From the NCBI GenBank assembly GCA_964187785.1, contig OZ076421.1, positions 50,096,001 through 50,160,000 of the forward strand: DNA of 64,000 nucleotides. The letters are read 5' to 3'. Below, one piece after another: positions 11,824 through 23,019 of the stretch. Below the pieces are notes generated by a model. It did no database searches and was not told the DNA's origin. It saw nothing but the letters and a program-made list of their open reading frames with translations. Position 1 is the first letter of the stretch, and each line of letters starts with the position of its first letter. A program made the position numbers and the translations under genes. Source of the DNA: Amphiscolops sp. MND2022. Its lineage: Eukaryota.

Positions 11824-13295
11824 TTTGACCTTTACCGTATTTCGGTTGTAGACATACCAGCTATATTTACAAACATTAGATGTGGAGTTGCTACATCCAT
11901 TTATGTTATTGATGTAACCTAACTCAGTATACATTGTGATCAAAAGAGATACTATTTTAGAAACTCTATTCTTTTCATAGACTTAGTTAGAAATACAACA
12001 CTTACAACATTTATGTTTTAGGACCATTTGTATTCCTTCTGGTTCATCACCCATCAGCACACATCAAAGACACTTCAATGAATGACACACATAATTTGGA
12101 TTTGGCTGCACTATAGCCTTTTTAAATGTTCTAATTAATTAATTATTTCAAACTTGATAAATTTTAGTTGAATCAATTTTAGTCAATTTGTTCAAACGCA
12201 TTCAAAACTATGCGAACCTGGTGCAGCATATGCCATTTGATCTATAGTGATTTAAAGAATTTCTAAAATATTATTTAATTATAACAATTATAGTATTGAT
12301 TTGTAAGAATGTTATCAATACTTAACTTCATAATTTGTGCTGAGTTTTGGTAACAATTATATTGTGTCAAATGTGTTGTAATTAAGTTTTTGTATGCTTA
12401 TATTATCAATGAAGAAAAGAGCCAATTTCAGTCAATATTCAGTTGTCCGAACTTTGTAAAAAACAATCTTCTTTTACCATTCTTCTCTGTGTTTAAGAGA
12501 ATGCATTGTTTGTATTGATTCTGTAAAAATGTTATCAGTATTAACTTCATAATTTGTGCTAAATTTGTGTAACAAAAAGATTTTTGTAGCTGGCAAATTT
12601 TTTGATTCGTGACAGTTGCCGAGATATTTGATTTTCAGTTTGTCATTTTAAGCAATGAGGTTGCGATATTTTAGAACGCTACATTATATCTTGGTATATA
12701 TAATACGTGTCTAAAATGTGTCGGTAACTATAGCATCGCGCCGACCGTCATAAGCGGACTGGCGCCAATCTCACTCTTCTCTGCGTTTGAGAGAACGATG
12801 CATTGGTCACGTGACTGAAATTGTTCGATTTCAGAGTAAAATAAACAAACCGTTCTGACAGTGTGTGATTAGTTACTGCCAAGACAAGTTGCCCAGCTAT
12901 TGAATAATAACTCTCATTTGAACATTTGAAGATTCATAATCGAAATATATAATCTTTACAAAACTAGTTGAAGAATTCTCGAAGTCTTCTTACCAATCTT
13001 CTTTTGATCTTTACTAATTTAGTCTTCTTTTGATTCTAAATCAAGGTAAGTAACATTTATAATCTTCAACCTAATTGTCAAGATTATTTGAGGGAATCTC
13101 TGTATAGGATATTTAGTGTATTTTTGTATTTTTTTGTTTTCTATCAGAAGAGGATTTCGAGCGAAGTCATCGTTTTCAAGTGAACTTTTGCTCAACAATT
13201 CATAGGCTGCGGTGTCTTTTTCTAAAAGCTTTCCTCTGAAAATTGATCATTTTTCAAATGCAACATGCAAAAAGTTCATTCAGGCTCGACTAGGG

Positions 13296-13400
13296 TATAT
13301 ATATATATATATATTTATATATGTATACATATAAATACATATATAATCTGTAATAATCTGTAATTAGGATATATATAATCAGGATATATAATAATTAGGA
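13296..13400. repeat. (TA)n-rich microsatellite
   Basis: Runs of tatata, read directly. Confidence 0.8.
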
Positions 13401-13647
13401 TATATATTTGTCTCTGTATTAAGGATAAGATTCAAGAGAATCTCCGTATAAGATAGGTATATCTCTGTATTCAGAACAGGGCCGGGCTCATTTAAGGGAA
13501 TCTCTGTATTTGAGATAAATATTTGTCTCTGTATCTCAACTCAAAAAAGAAATTGAAACTTGTAGGTTTTAGCTGAACAAACACTTGACTAGGTTACTAA
13601 ACGATCCAAAATAGAATGTATAAAATGGCAGTTCTACAAGCAAAGAG

Positions 13648-14291
13648 TTATTCGGTAAAAAGTTCTTGGGCTGTCTTATCACCGTAATCGAAACGTAGTT
13701 GCTCGAAGGGTTCTATCTGTCGTCTAGCCTTCATTACTGCGATTCTCACAGGGGGATCTGTATAGTCCAAGAGGATGCTAGTAGACTTCATGTTGGCTTC
13801 TCTGTTATCAGCGTTGTTTTTTCTCTGGGTCGCGTGGTTGGCTAAACGACCCATACCTAAACGACATAACGAAATTGTAGAAATTTTTAATCTTACAACT
13901 CTAAAGATAAAACATTATTATTATTACATAAATTTGTTGGATGATCCACACAAATCTCGGAACTGGCATCTATAAGTCGCTTTGGTGGACCTGCTACTTC
14001 CATGACAAACTCGCTCGTAACGTCGGGTTGCTGCACGTACTCATCGAACTTCTGGCCGGTAATGACTTTCCCGTGGTAGTCTACAATTATTGTGTCTTTC
14101 TCCAGTTTTCCTAGACTGACAATGCCTCGACCGAATTTAGTGAAATGGGCATCGCAAATCCATTCCCACTTTTGGTTGTCAATTCGGTCTTTTAAACTCA
14201 TCTGGTTTTCGTATGACAACCTGTCTCCTTTGCAGATGATTGGATTGAACTGAGGCCTGCTTATACTGGTCCGTGATGATGTGCTCTTCAT
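13648..14291 (-). CDS. SET8/PR-Set7 (KMT5A)-like SET domain; last two exons (14291-13928, 13856-13648) of the minus-strand cargo gene
   Basis: Motifs GRG, DYHG, LIDAS, RLANHA and EQLRFDYG are all present. A 71-bp GT-AG phase-1 intron (13927-13857) joins HPTNLC to MGRLANH. There is no post-SET Cys cluster, as in SET8. Confidence 0.88.
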
Positions 14292-14523
14292 CTATACAAA
14301 ACACAGAGCATCCAAACGCAATGATTTTTTCTAATAACCATCGATCACTTAGCATTGGGCAGCTCCAGACAGGCAAAACACTTCTTTAGTTGCTTACCAT
14401 ATGGCACCAAAACAAATGATTTTTTTGCCCCATTCGATTTTCGATTTGTGCCATTGGGAAATTTTACCGTAATCTAATACACTGCAATCTAAAAAACTCG
14501 AACGCGACGTAACCCAACCTAAC

Positions 14524-14757
14524 CTGTTTTAAAGCTATAGTCATCGTTTTCTTGATGTCGCATTTGTCCCAGCCCATCCTCGCATAAAAGGTGTTCAGGC
14601 GCTGCTCCATATCACTGCAGTTTGGCAGTAACCAACCATTGTTCTTGATCCAATGTTGCGCTCTAATTGTTTGCCGATGGTACCGTAATTGGTCAAGTCT
14701 GTGTTTCACTGCCTTGGAAACCTCTTTGTGGGAATACTTTTCTGTCTGACTTTTCAC
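14524..14757 (-). CDS. Exon of the same gene (linker with RAQHWIKNNGW motif)
   Basis: Acceptor tttttag at 14758, donor cag|gttagg at 14523; 234 nt, phase 0 at both ends, in frame with the SET exons. Confidence 0.65.
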
Positions 14758-14851
14758 CTAAAAAAGAATTTCCATTCCTTTGTTGAAAGCGAAAGCTTAG
14801 AAAGTCAATATTTTATTACCAAACGAAAAAGAACAAAACCTGATTGATTAC

Positions 14852-15573
14852 TTGCTTCTGTTTGCCAATGGTGAAACCTGGATCGCTTCGAAACGGCAGA
14901 AAACTCGCAACATGTCTTTCTAGGGTGGTCTCATGGGGGTTATCGATGTGCTGCTGAAGCTAAAATACGCAAACTTAGGTAAACCCTGGAAACATTTGAA
15001 GCAATTTAGGTGTTTCTAGATTGAAGTTTAAGTTTTTACCGTGTCTTTGAATTGGTCGCATAGTTGGCGCACTTTGAAATGGGTTGAGCCATTGGAATTG
15101 ACGAAAAAGCGGTAAGTTCTCACTGTTCTTTCGTCATCTGCGAAAACCCTGGTGAAAACATCAAGACCTTCTTTTGGCAGGAAGTGCGGTCTTGCCTCCA
15201 GGTAGTATGTTTTCAAACCGTCCACTACCCATCGAGGAACAGTGTGCGACGATCTTATCGGAGAAAATTCAGCAGGCTCAACATAGATTGTGGTTCCTGC
15301 TGCAACTGCTGTTTCATCGTCTGTGTCCTCTTGTAAGGAAACGATGGCCTGTGTAACAGCATGCACTGTCAGCTCTATGATACCTTTGTCCATCATTGGT
15401 GGTGATGCATGCTTTGAGAGGAAACACGCCAAAGCACGAAAGAGCATTGTTCTTTGCTTTTGTGTCAGAGCTTCCGTTGTCTTGTACTGCTCTACAATGT
15501 CCCTGATGGCTATCTCAAGTTCTTCTTCAGTCGTCTCGCCACAAGTAACCCTGATAGAAGTCTTCGATATTTT
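14852..15573 (-). CDS. Exons (15573-15040 and 14959-14852) encoding a degenerate tyrosine-recombinase-like region
   Basis: ALACFLS...GIIELTVHAVTQA, LKTYYLEARP...FFVNSNG and ERHVASFL recall the YR domains fused to SET in animal mobile elements. The catalytic R, K, HxxR and Y residues are not evident. Both exons are phase 0 and open. Confidence 0.5.
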
Positions 15574-15847
15574 CTAAATATATTGAATACAAATTTCAAA
15601 AACAACTTCAAAAATTAGAATGAAAGTCAAATAATACTCAACAAGTTCAATCACAAATTCATATGCAAATTGGTTTTCAAATTCAAACACAAAATGAATT
15701 TTAAAATCTGGGAAATATGAAGTTTTTCTTGAGAGTTTTTTTCTTGAAAGTAAAGCTGAAAGAAAATGGAAATCCGTCACCGCTCAGCCAAGGCGGCAGC
15801 TGGAAATTTTCTTGAGGTATGGTACCGAAAACTGAAATCACAATGTA

Positions 15848-15965
15848 TTAGCATTTGTCTGCGGATTCCGCTGCACATGTGTTAACATTTGCTCCTAAAT
15901 TCCGCAACGCTCTTTTGGAAGTCAATGATATGAAACATAAGACAGCGGATTCCGCTGTTATGATG
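15848..15965 (-). repeat. Inverted, diverged copy of the 215-bp unit at 17.1-17.6 kb, inside an intron of the SET gene
   Basis: Its reverse complement matches cataacagcggaa.ccgctg...gcggaatttagg...atgttaa.acatgt.cagcggaatccgcag. Confidence 0.75.
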
Positions 15966-16055
15966 AACAAACTTGTTTTCGTGCTCTATGTGGTTCTAGA
16001 AGGTGAAAATCTCCCGCTTCAGTTTGAAATTTTCAATTGAAATTCAAAAACTGAC

Positions 16056-16496
16056 CTCCGGAATATCAATTGTTGATCTTTTAGGGCTAGTTGCTCTTTT
16101 CCGGCTTTCTTCAAGTTGCTCAGTCGACGAAGCTTCAAGCGGAGGAAGAAAAAGGTCCGGCGAGTGTTCAGGTGGTGGAAGAATTTCACCAAACATGTTC
16201 GGAGGAAGTTCGTGCGAAGTTCCATCCATGTTGAGCCATTGCGATTGATTCCAATCAAAATATGACGGTTGTGAATATTGTCGAACTGCAGCCGGACTCT
16301 TTCCGGTAGGGGTAGTCAAATATTCATGCGATCGTGAGAGAGGGGTTAATGATGGAACTGGAGGAGGAGGTAGTGTAAGTGTAAACGTCTCGGGTTGCAC
16401 TGGCGTTGAGGTAACTAGTTGAGGCGATTGAAGTTCTGTCAAATTTCCAAGATCTTCTAATGGTTGTGACTGAATTTGATGCGTTTGCAGAGACAT
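16056..16496 (-). CDS. Pro/Ser/Thr-rich first coding exon of the SET gene
   Basis: Open frame MSLQTHQ...IDIPE ending at the phase-0 donor gag|gtcagt. It joins in frame to the exon starting at 15573. The full six-exon model is about 629 aa with no stops. Confidence 0.6.
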
Positions 16497-16649
16497 TGTA
16501 GGTTTTTTCGAGAAATAGAACGATGTACAATTCAAATTGACTGATTCCTAGTAGATCAAAATTATATTATGAATAGTATTATGAATAGTATTATAATACT
16601 ACTGAAACTGCTAATTACTTAACTGCTTATTGCTACCATAGTAATTTAA

Positions 16650-16799
16650 CACTTCCACTTTGACAAATTAAAAAAAGCCTCATCAGACGCTGCCAATGAA
16701 AATAACTGTAATTATATAATTATAATGATTATAATTTTATAATTATTTCTATTATAATTTTTGGCAGCGCCTGATGCGGTTCTTAATCATTTGGAAGTG
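16650..16799. mobile_element. 150-bp MITE with TTAA flanks (piggyBac-like)
   Basis: TTAA|CACTTCCA...TGGAAGTG|TTAA, with inner inverted arms catcagacgctgccaa / ttggcagcgcctgatg around an AT-rich core. Confidence 0.7.
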
Positions 16800-17084
16800 T
16801 TAAAACCACACCTCATATATCATTTGACTTGAGTCATTAGCACTTTTTCTCATTGTTCGTTCTTTGGCCCGAAAGAATGCCCGACAAGTTTTCATCAGGA
16901 CTTGAAAGATGAATGCGTGAAACACATGTATCTTGGATTGGCCGAATGACACTCATATGAATAAAACCCTATCTATAACAATGAAATACAATCTATGTTA
17001 CACAATCTAGAACAACATTGAGCACCAAACGATTTTTTCCTCATAACAACAAAATGTTTTATACTCCATATTATTGCCTCCCAA

Positions 17085-17640
17085 AGAAACAGTGCGGAAT
17101 TTAAGGACAAATTTTATTACATGTACAGCGGAATCCTCAGACAAATGTTAATACATTGCCATTTAAGTTTCCTGTACAATACCTGAAGAAAATTTTCAAA
17201 AATGCTTAGTAGCATAAAACAGTGGATTCCGTGGTTAGCGAGAGGGATGCGCCTCATAACAGCGGAACCCGCTGTTTTGTATTCCAGATTGATGCCTTCC
17301 AAAATCGCAGTGCGGAATTTAGGGACCTATGTTAATACATGTACAGCGGAATCCGCAGGCGAATGTTAATACATTGCGATTTCGATTTCCTGTACCATAC
17401 CTCAAGAAAATATCCAAATATGCTTAGTAGCATAAAACAGTGGATTCCGTGGTTAGCGAGAGTGATGCGCCTCATAACAGCGGAACCCGCTGTTTTGTAT
17501 TCCAGATTGATGCCTTCCAAAATCGGAGTGCGGAATTTAGGGACCTATGTTAATACATGTACAGCGGAATCCGCAGGCAAATGTTAATACATTGCGATTT
17601 CCATTTCATGTACCAGACCTCAAGAAAATATCCAAATCTG
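17085..17640. repeat. 215-bp tandem repeat (~2.5 copies) built from the subterminal gcggaatccgc motif
   Basis: ORFs at 17117 and 17332 are offset by 215; the motifs are shared with the element ends. Confidence 0.85.
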
Positions 17641-19429
17641 CTCAGTAGCATGAAACTGTGTTTAGGAATTTTATTTTTTTGAACCCTCTCTTGAAAATGC
17701 ATTTTGGGACCAGTAATCTCAAATTTCCCAGGTTGAAATCCTAATTAACTAGAAGTCAAGTAGAATCTCTTAAGATTCTATCAGTGTCTATATGTCTGTA
17801 GTTGTCTTATAAGCGCCTATAAAAGTGCCTAAACTCGTCTACTGAAGCTTTTGTGATCCGTTCCTCCAAGGTGGCTGGGGAGTCGTCGCAGGGTACTTGG
17901 GAGCAGTCGCTCATTCCGAAACCCAGAGAAATGTCATTTAGAGATTGAAACTTTCATCTAACGAGAATACAGTATGCTCAGGCGCAGTTGGTGCAGTGAG
18001 ATCAAATCGAATAAAGTAAATATCACGTAAAGTTGCTTCAGTAACAGTTTCCGTTGGACATTTGCGATTGCAACATCTGCCTACTAACTTGTGCATTGTG
18101 TCATGATTGCATGTATGACTGATGCATATCTCTGGAAGTAGGAAAAGTAACAGCACGCGCGGCATGTAAGACTGATGCTTACCTCTGGATTTAGGAAAAG
18201 TATCTGTAATCTCTTGAAAACTAAGATCAAATGCTATTGAAGTATTTATTTTCCAACCTCTGCAATTATGACCTTGATTGTAGGAAATTGTATTTGGCCT
18301 AAAAATTTTTTGTTTGAAGGTTCTCTCTGGAAATATGCCCCAATTTCAATGCCCCACGTGCCAACTGACCCTCTCAAATAAGGGTAATCTAACCCGGCAC
18401 ATGAATCAGAGTTGCGGTAAGAGAGAGCAGACGCGCAGCACAAGAATGAAGTGCATGTTTTGTGGCTCTCCTACAGATGGCTCCTTCTTCAAGGACGTGC
18501 AGCAGACTGCTGATCATGTGCTGACACTCCGATGCTGGAATGCTCGAAATGAACTAACAGCGGAAGATCGGGCCAAATTACTGGAGCCCACACTGGAAAA
18601 CTTTGTTCTCGTAAGAGACACCTACCCGGGCTGCAAGAAGGCCTTCTCGGCAGAAGGGAGGACGAGGAAGTTCTTTAATCAACCGCCACCATCTAAGTTG
18701 GTTAAACGAGAAGTCCAAGTCCGAGAAACCAGTGCGACATCATGTGGGAGGTAATTCAAATGGGAGGACACACCCTGGTGGGAGGTAATTCAATCAAACA
18801 AATATATTTAATAAAAACGTAGCTTATGGGCATGAATAAGAATTAAGTCATAGGTTCTGTTTGATTTTGAATGATTCACATTTTTGAGTTCAAATGATTT
18901 ATTTTTGAACAGGTTCCGGAAATCAGCAGTCCTGTGGAGCCTGAGCCTGTTTCCTCCTCTTCCACCCTCCATTTTGCAACAGAGGCAGAAGAAGTTATTG
19001 TGGAAGAGTTTGTTGTTCTTCTGGAGGACAAGCGAGAAGAAGAGGCAATCGCTTCCATGGTAGCTTTGGAAGCCTTCAAGATTGCAGAAGTCAACCACAT
19101 TCAAGTTGAAGAGCCCAAATGTGTATGTATTTTTTGAATGACTGTTTCATGTTTCATGTAATATTTTTCGGGATGTGTAATTTTTATGGATTTCTAGTTT
19201 CAAAAGCATAATGGTTTGGAGGGATTTAAACTTCTAAAACCGATAATGCTTTAGGAAAAGTGGCAACAGAAACGACGACGTTTGCACAAGAGTGTATCAC
19301 GAATGCCAGCGACACTTCCAAACCTGACCAGATGTACGCTTACCATGCGAAGGATGAACATGACGAACACGAACCTCATGAAATCGTTTGCTAGCATCTG
19401 GGAACTACGTGACCTTATGAGTCAAGTAA

Positions 19430-19620
19430 GAACTTCTCTGGATTTAAGAATGAGATCTCTTCTCAGGATCTTAGAATGCAATCTCTTCTCCGGACTCTAG
19501 ATCTAATCGGTTTTGAGTCTCTGGATTCACGAATAAGATATCTTCTTTAGACTTAAATCTCTGGTTTTAAGAATTAGGTCTTTTCTCTAGATATAAATCT
19601 CTGGATTGACGAATAAGGTT
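19430..19620. repeat. Degenerate intronic minisatellite (tctctggatt.a.gaat)
   Basis: About 5 imperfect copies in a JmjC gene intron. Confidence 0.6.
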
Positions 19621-21042
19621 TTGACTTCTGTGTAATGTAACATGGAGTAAATTTAGATTCCAAATGCTACCTCGATGCGGCGTGACATAACAGCAGGAGA
19701 AGTCACACCAGAACTGCTGTCAGACCCTGCTTTTTTGGACGGGGAATATGTCTTCGTCATCCGTGACGGTTTGGCCATCCCCGGCTTCAACACGAAGCTA
19801 ACCAGAGAGAAGATGTGCCGAATGTCGTCTGTTCAACAAATGATGCAGAATTACACTGGCAACCCCGTAACACTTCGTTATTTGACGACGAAGTTCGAGG
19901 TTAGGAGAGTCAATGGAACTGCTAAAAGAGATACAAACAAAAATTTTGTTCTCTGTTATAAATTTGAGAATACATGTACCTGACCTGATATTTATTATTT
20001 AGGAAGGGAAGAAAGTTGTGCCAGGTAACAGAGTTACCGAGATGATGGAGAGTGACCCCCCCAAATTCTTCAACGTCATCGATGCCGAGGCAAACAAGTG
20101 CCCAGGAGCCTCTTTCAAGAAGCCTAGCTTTCTAGACGAGGTTTCCCTTGGGCACATGAACTGGGAACAGACACCTGAAGAATTGCGTCCAGTGCGTGAA
20201 TCGAATTATTTGCTGATTTCACAAAATGGCGCAATCACGAGGTTCCACCAGGATTTTTCATCCACAAGTGTCTTGTATTATCTGGCCAAAGGTTGGTAAC
20301 AAGTTTTAGTACAAGTAAAATGAAAATCGTGTTTTTTTTAAATAAGTCAAGTGTTGGTGGTTGACGGACTATTGTTACAGGAGTTAAAGTTTTTCATGTT
20401 GTGAGGCCCACTGCCAGAAACGTTGACTTGTTCAAGGCGTTCAAGAATCTCCCCAGGCAAGTAAAATTGTTTATACTTACACTACACAGTGCTTTTCTCT
20501 CTGTTATGCATGTAAGACTGATAACCGGGACAAATTTATTACTGTTATTGATTGTTTAGAAGAGACCTCTTTTTTGGCACCCATGAAGAGCTTGACATGG
20601 GCGGCTGCGCAAAGTCACAAAAGGACAAGCGTGCCATTGACTTGCGCTCCGTGCACAAACGGCATTCTTGTTAAAGGCAAGAAGGCTTTGGACAGAGGAG
20701 GATACCTATGCACTATTGAAATGCTGGAGTACGTCATTTCAAGGAAGAAAGCATTTGTCAGTTTGACATGGGATGAAAGTGCGGACTTCACTAGCAGAGT
20801 TCCAGCGTCTTCAGTAAGGCTCCCGGAAGAAAATTACACAGCATTGGACCCCGTGAGTCTAGACAGCATGGTTTGCCCCATTGATCGAGCATATGCAGTA
20901 TTTTCTGCCATCAAGCGGGCCATAGGTCTTTGTCGAAGAAAACATTCTGCGAGTTTCAATGTGTGCCCCGCAACACCTTTCACCAGGCGATGTGTTGGAT
21001 TCGAAGCAGATTCAGCTCGGGATAATGTACGTATTTCAGAAT

Positions 21043-21315
21043 AAAATTGGTCAATTAAGAAGATCATTAAGTAATTGTTAACTAAGAGCATTGAAGCAAT
21101 TCAAGATGATCGTTTTTTGAGTTCATGTTATTGTTTAGTTCAGATTTGCTGCTCATATTGAAACTGGACTCAAAGTGAAAACAAAATTGGTCAATTAAGA
21201 AAATCATTAATTATTTGCTAACTAGGAGTAATGAAACAATTCAAGATGATCGTTTTTTGAGTTCATGTTATTGTTTAGGTCAGATTTGCTGCTCATATTG
21301 AAACTGGACTTCGCG
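21043..21315. repeat. 140-bp tandem duplication spanning an intron/exon boundary
   Basis: aaaattggtcaattaagaa...atattgaaactggact at 21043 and 21183. Confidence 0.85.
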
Positions 21316-21659
21316 GCTGCCATCGCTCGTGGGACTCACTCTTTGGAGAGCGGTGGGACATCTTGCCAGGAGACGGAGAAGAGTCGCTGGACACCCTCAT
21401 CAGAGCAATCCGATTCTCTGAGACGCAAGACTTTCTCTTCCGAACCATCAAGGTTCAAATAAACTCTTGCGAAGGACGCTTCCGAAATGAAGAAAAATAT
21501 CGGGAAATCCTCAATATCAACTCTAAACTTAATGAGGGTTTCTTATAAATGAGGGTTTCTTATAAACTTTATAAACATAAAGAATATATGTTCATGTGTG
21601 TATAATCATGTGTGTATTTGTATTATTATTAATACTGCTAGCATCAAATAATAAATCAA

Positions 21660-21990
21660 GATTAGAATCAAGATCATTTATCCTAATCCCAGAGAAAATA
21701 GTAGAGTACATGTTGTTTTTAGTAGCATGTAGGCCTTTAATACATAATTGAGACAGTAATTTTAATCTCAGAGACAATAGTTGTATACATGTAGTATTAA
21801 TAGCATGTAGGCTTATTATACATAATCCTAACCCCAGAGACAAAAGTAGCATACATGTAGTAATAATAGCATGTAGGCCTATAATAAATACATAATGGAA
21901 ACAGTAATCCTAATCCAAGAGGCTTTAGTAGAATACATTCAGGCCTATAATACATCAAGGAGACACAGTTATCTTAAACACAGAAATTGT
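21660..21990. repeat. Degenerate repeats related to the 3' part of the 206-bp direct repeat
   Basis: Recurring cagtaatc(c/t)taatcccagaga.a..agtag..tacat motif. Confidence 0.65.
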
Positions 21991-22142
21991 ATACACCCTG
22001 TAGAGGTTTCAGACAATGTATATTAATTAGTCGGCTTTTATTTCATGGTTGTATTGTGTCATTGATGCTCATTTATTAATACCTGCCAATTTAGTGCAGA
22101 TGAAGAATTGTCTTCGAAAAGAGAGTACAAAATAGTTAGAGT

Positions 22143-22506
22143 AAAGTTTGAATTCAATGAAATTATCATAGTTTCTTATCATAGAACTAGATTAAAACAC
22201 ATGCAATTAAACACAAAATACAGTAGTAGATTACGAGCAATACAGAATTATGATACATATTTTAATTTATCTCAGTAATCTTAATCCCAGAGACCATAGT
22301 AGGCTCCAAAAGTTTGAATTCAATGAAATTATCATAGTTTCTCATCATAGAACTAGATTAAAACACATCCAATTAAACACAAAATACAGTAGTAGATTAC
22401 GAGCAATACAGAATTATGATACATATTTTAATTTATCTCAGTAATCTTAATCCCAGAGACCATAGTAGAATACATAATGGAGACAGTAATCTTAATCCCA
22501 GAGACA
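22143..22506 (+). repeat. 206-bp internal direct repeat, right copy (22301-22506), preceded by a partial tandem copy (22143-22300)
   Basis: Direct alignment by eye to 11618-11823. Confidence 0.95.
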
Positions 22507-22509
22507 ACA

Positions 22510-22990
22510 GTGGATTCCATACATGAAGGCCTATAATACATCAAGGAGACTTGTTTATCCTAAACCCAGAAACTGTATACGCCCTATTAAACACAATAAT
22601 AAAGGTATACAGCAAGCTTTATACTAGCCTGCGCTCGTCTGCGGATTCCGCTGTCATACAACTTGAAACAAATGTCACGCAGAGCTGTCAGTGGATTCCG
22701 CTTCACAAAACAAACATTTTATTACTTGCTTGCATTAGTCTCCGGAATCCGCTGACACTGCCCCGGATTCCGCTGGTACTGGTCCGGATTCCGCTGTCAC
22801 TGCCCCGCAATCCGCTGCAAGCAGTGGATTCCACGATTTCGAGCTGACCAATGCAGCGGATTCCGCGATTTTGCCTTTTCGTCAACTGAAATCGCGAGAA
22901 ATTATACACTGCGGTATTTGTCCCTGAATTCCACGCGGCGAATTTCGCTCTTTGCGGTTGGCATGTTTTAAAGCTTGGCCCAGGATTCCA
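22510..22990. repeat. Right subterminal cluster of quasi-palindromic 11-mers
   Basis: About 11 copies of gcggattccgc / ccggattccgc / gtggattccac. Confidence 0.9.
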
Positions 22991-23019
22991 CTGCTCAAAC
23001 GGCTCAACTTTGATCTGCA

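Larger units (their letters stand above)
18335..21548 (+). pseudogene. Zinc-finger + JmjC (KDM2/KDM7-PHF8-like) histone demethylase gene, damaged in the C-terminal half of JmjC
   Basis: Exons ~18335-18700/18750 (CPTC...RHMNQSC finger), 18913-19122, 19255-19425, 19657-19899, 20003-20291 (NVIDAE...NYLLISQNGAITRFHQDFSSTSVLYYLAKG), 20381-20456 (VKVFHVVRPT), 20560 onward (DLFFG, then frameshifts) and a last exon at ~21284-21548. The HxD iron ligands are present; the distal His of IHAV.T cannot be read in frame. Confidence 0.8.

Noticed and set aside
17938-18165. Cys/His-rich 75-aa ORF as a third cargo gene
   Set aside because: No recognisable motif spacing or splice context; it lies in the presumed promoter region.
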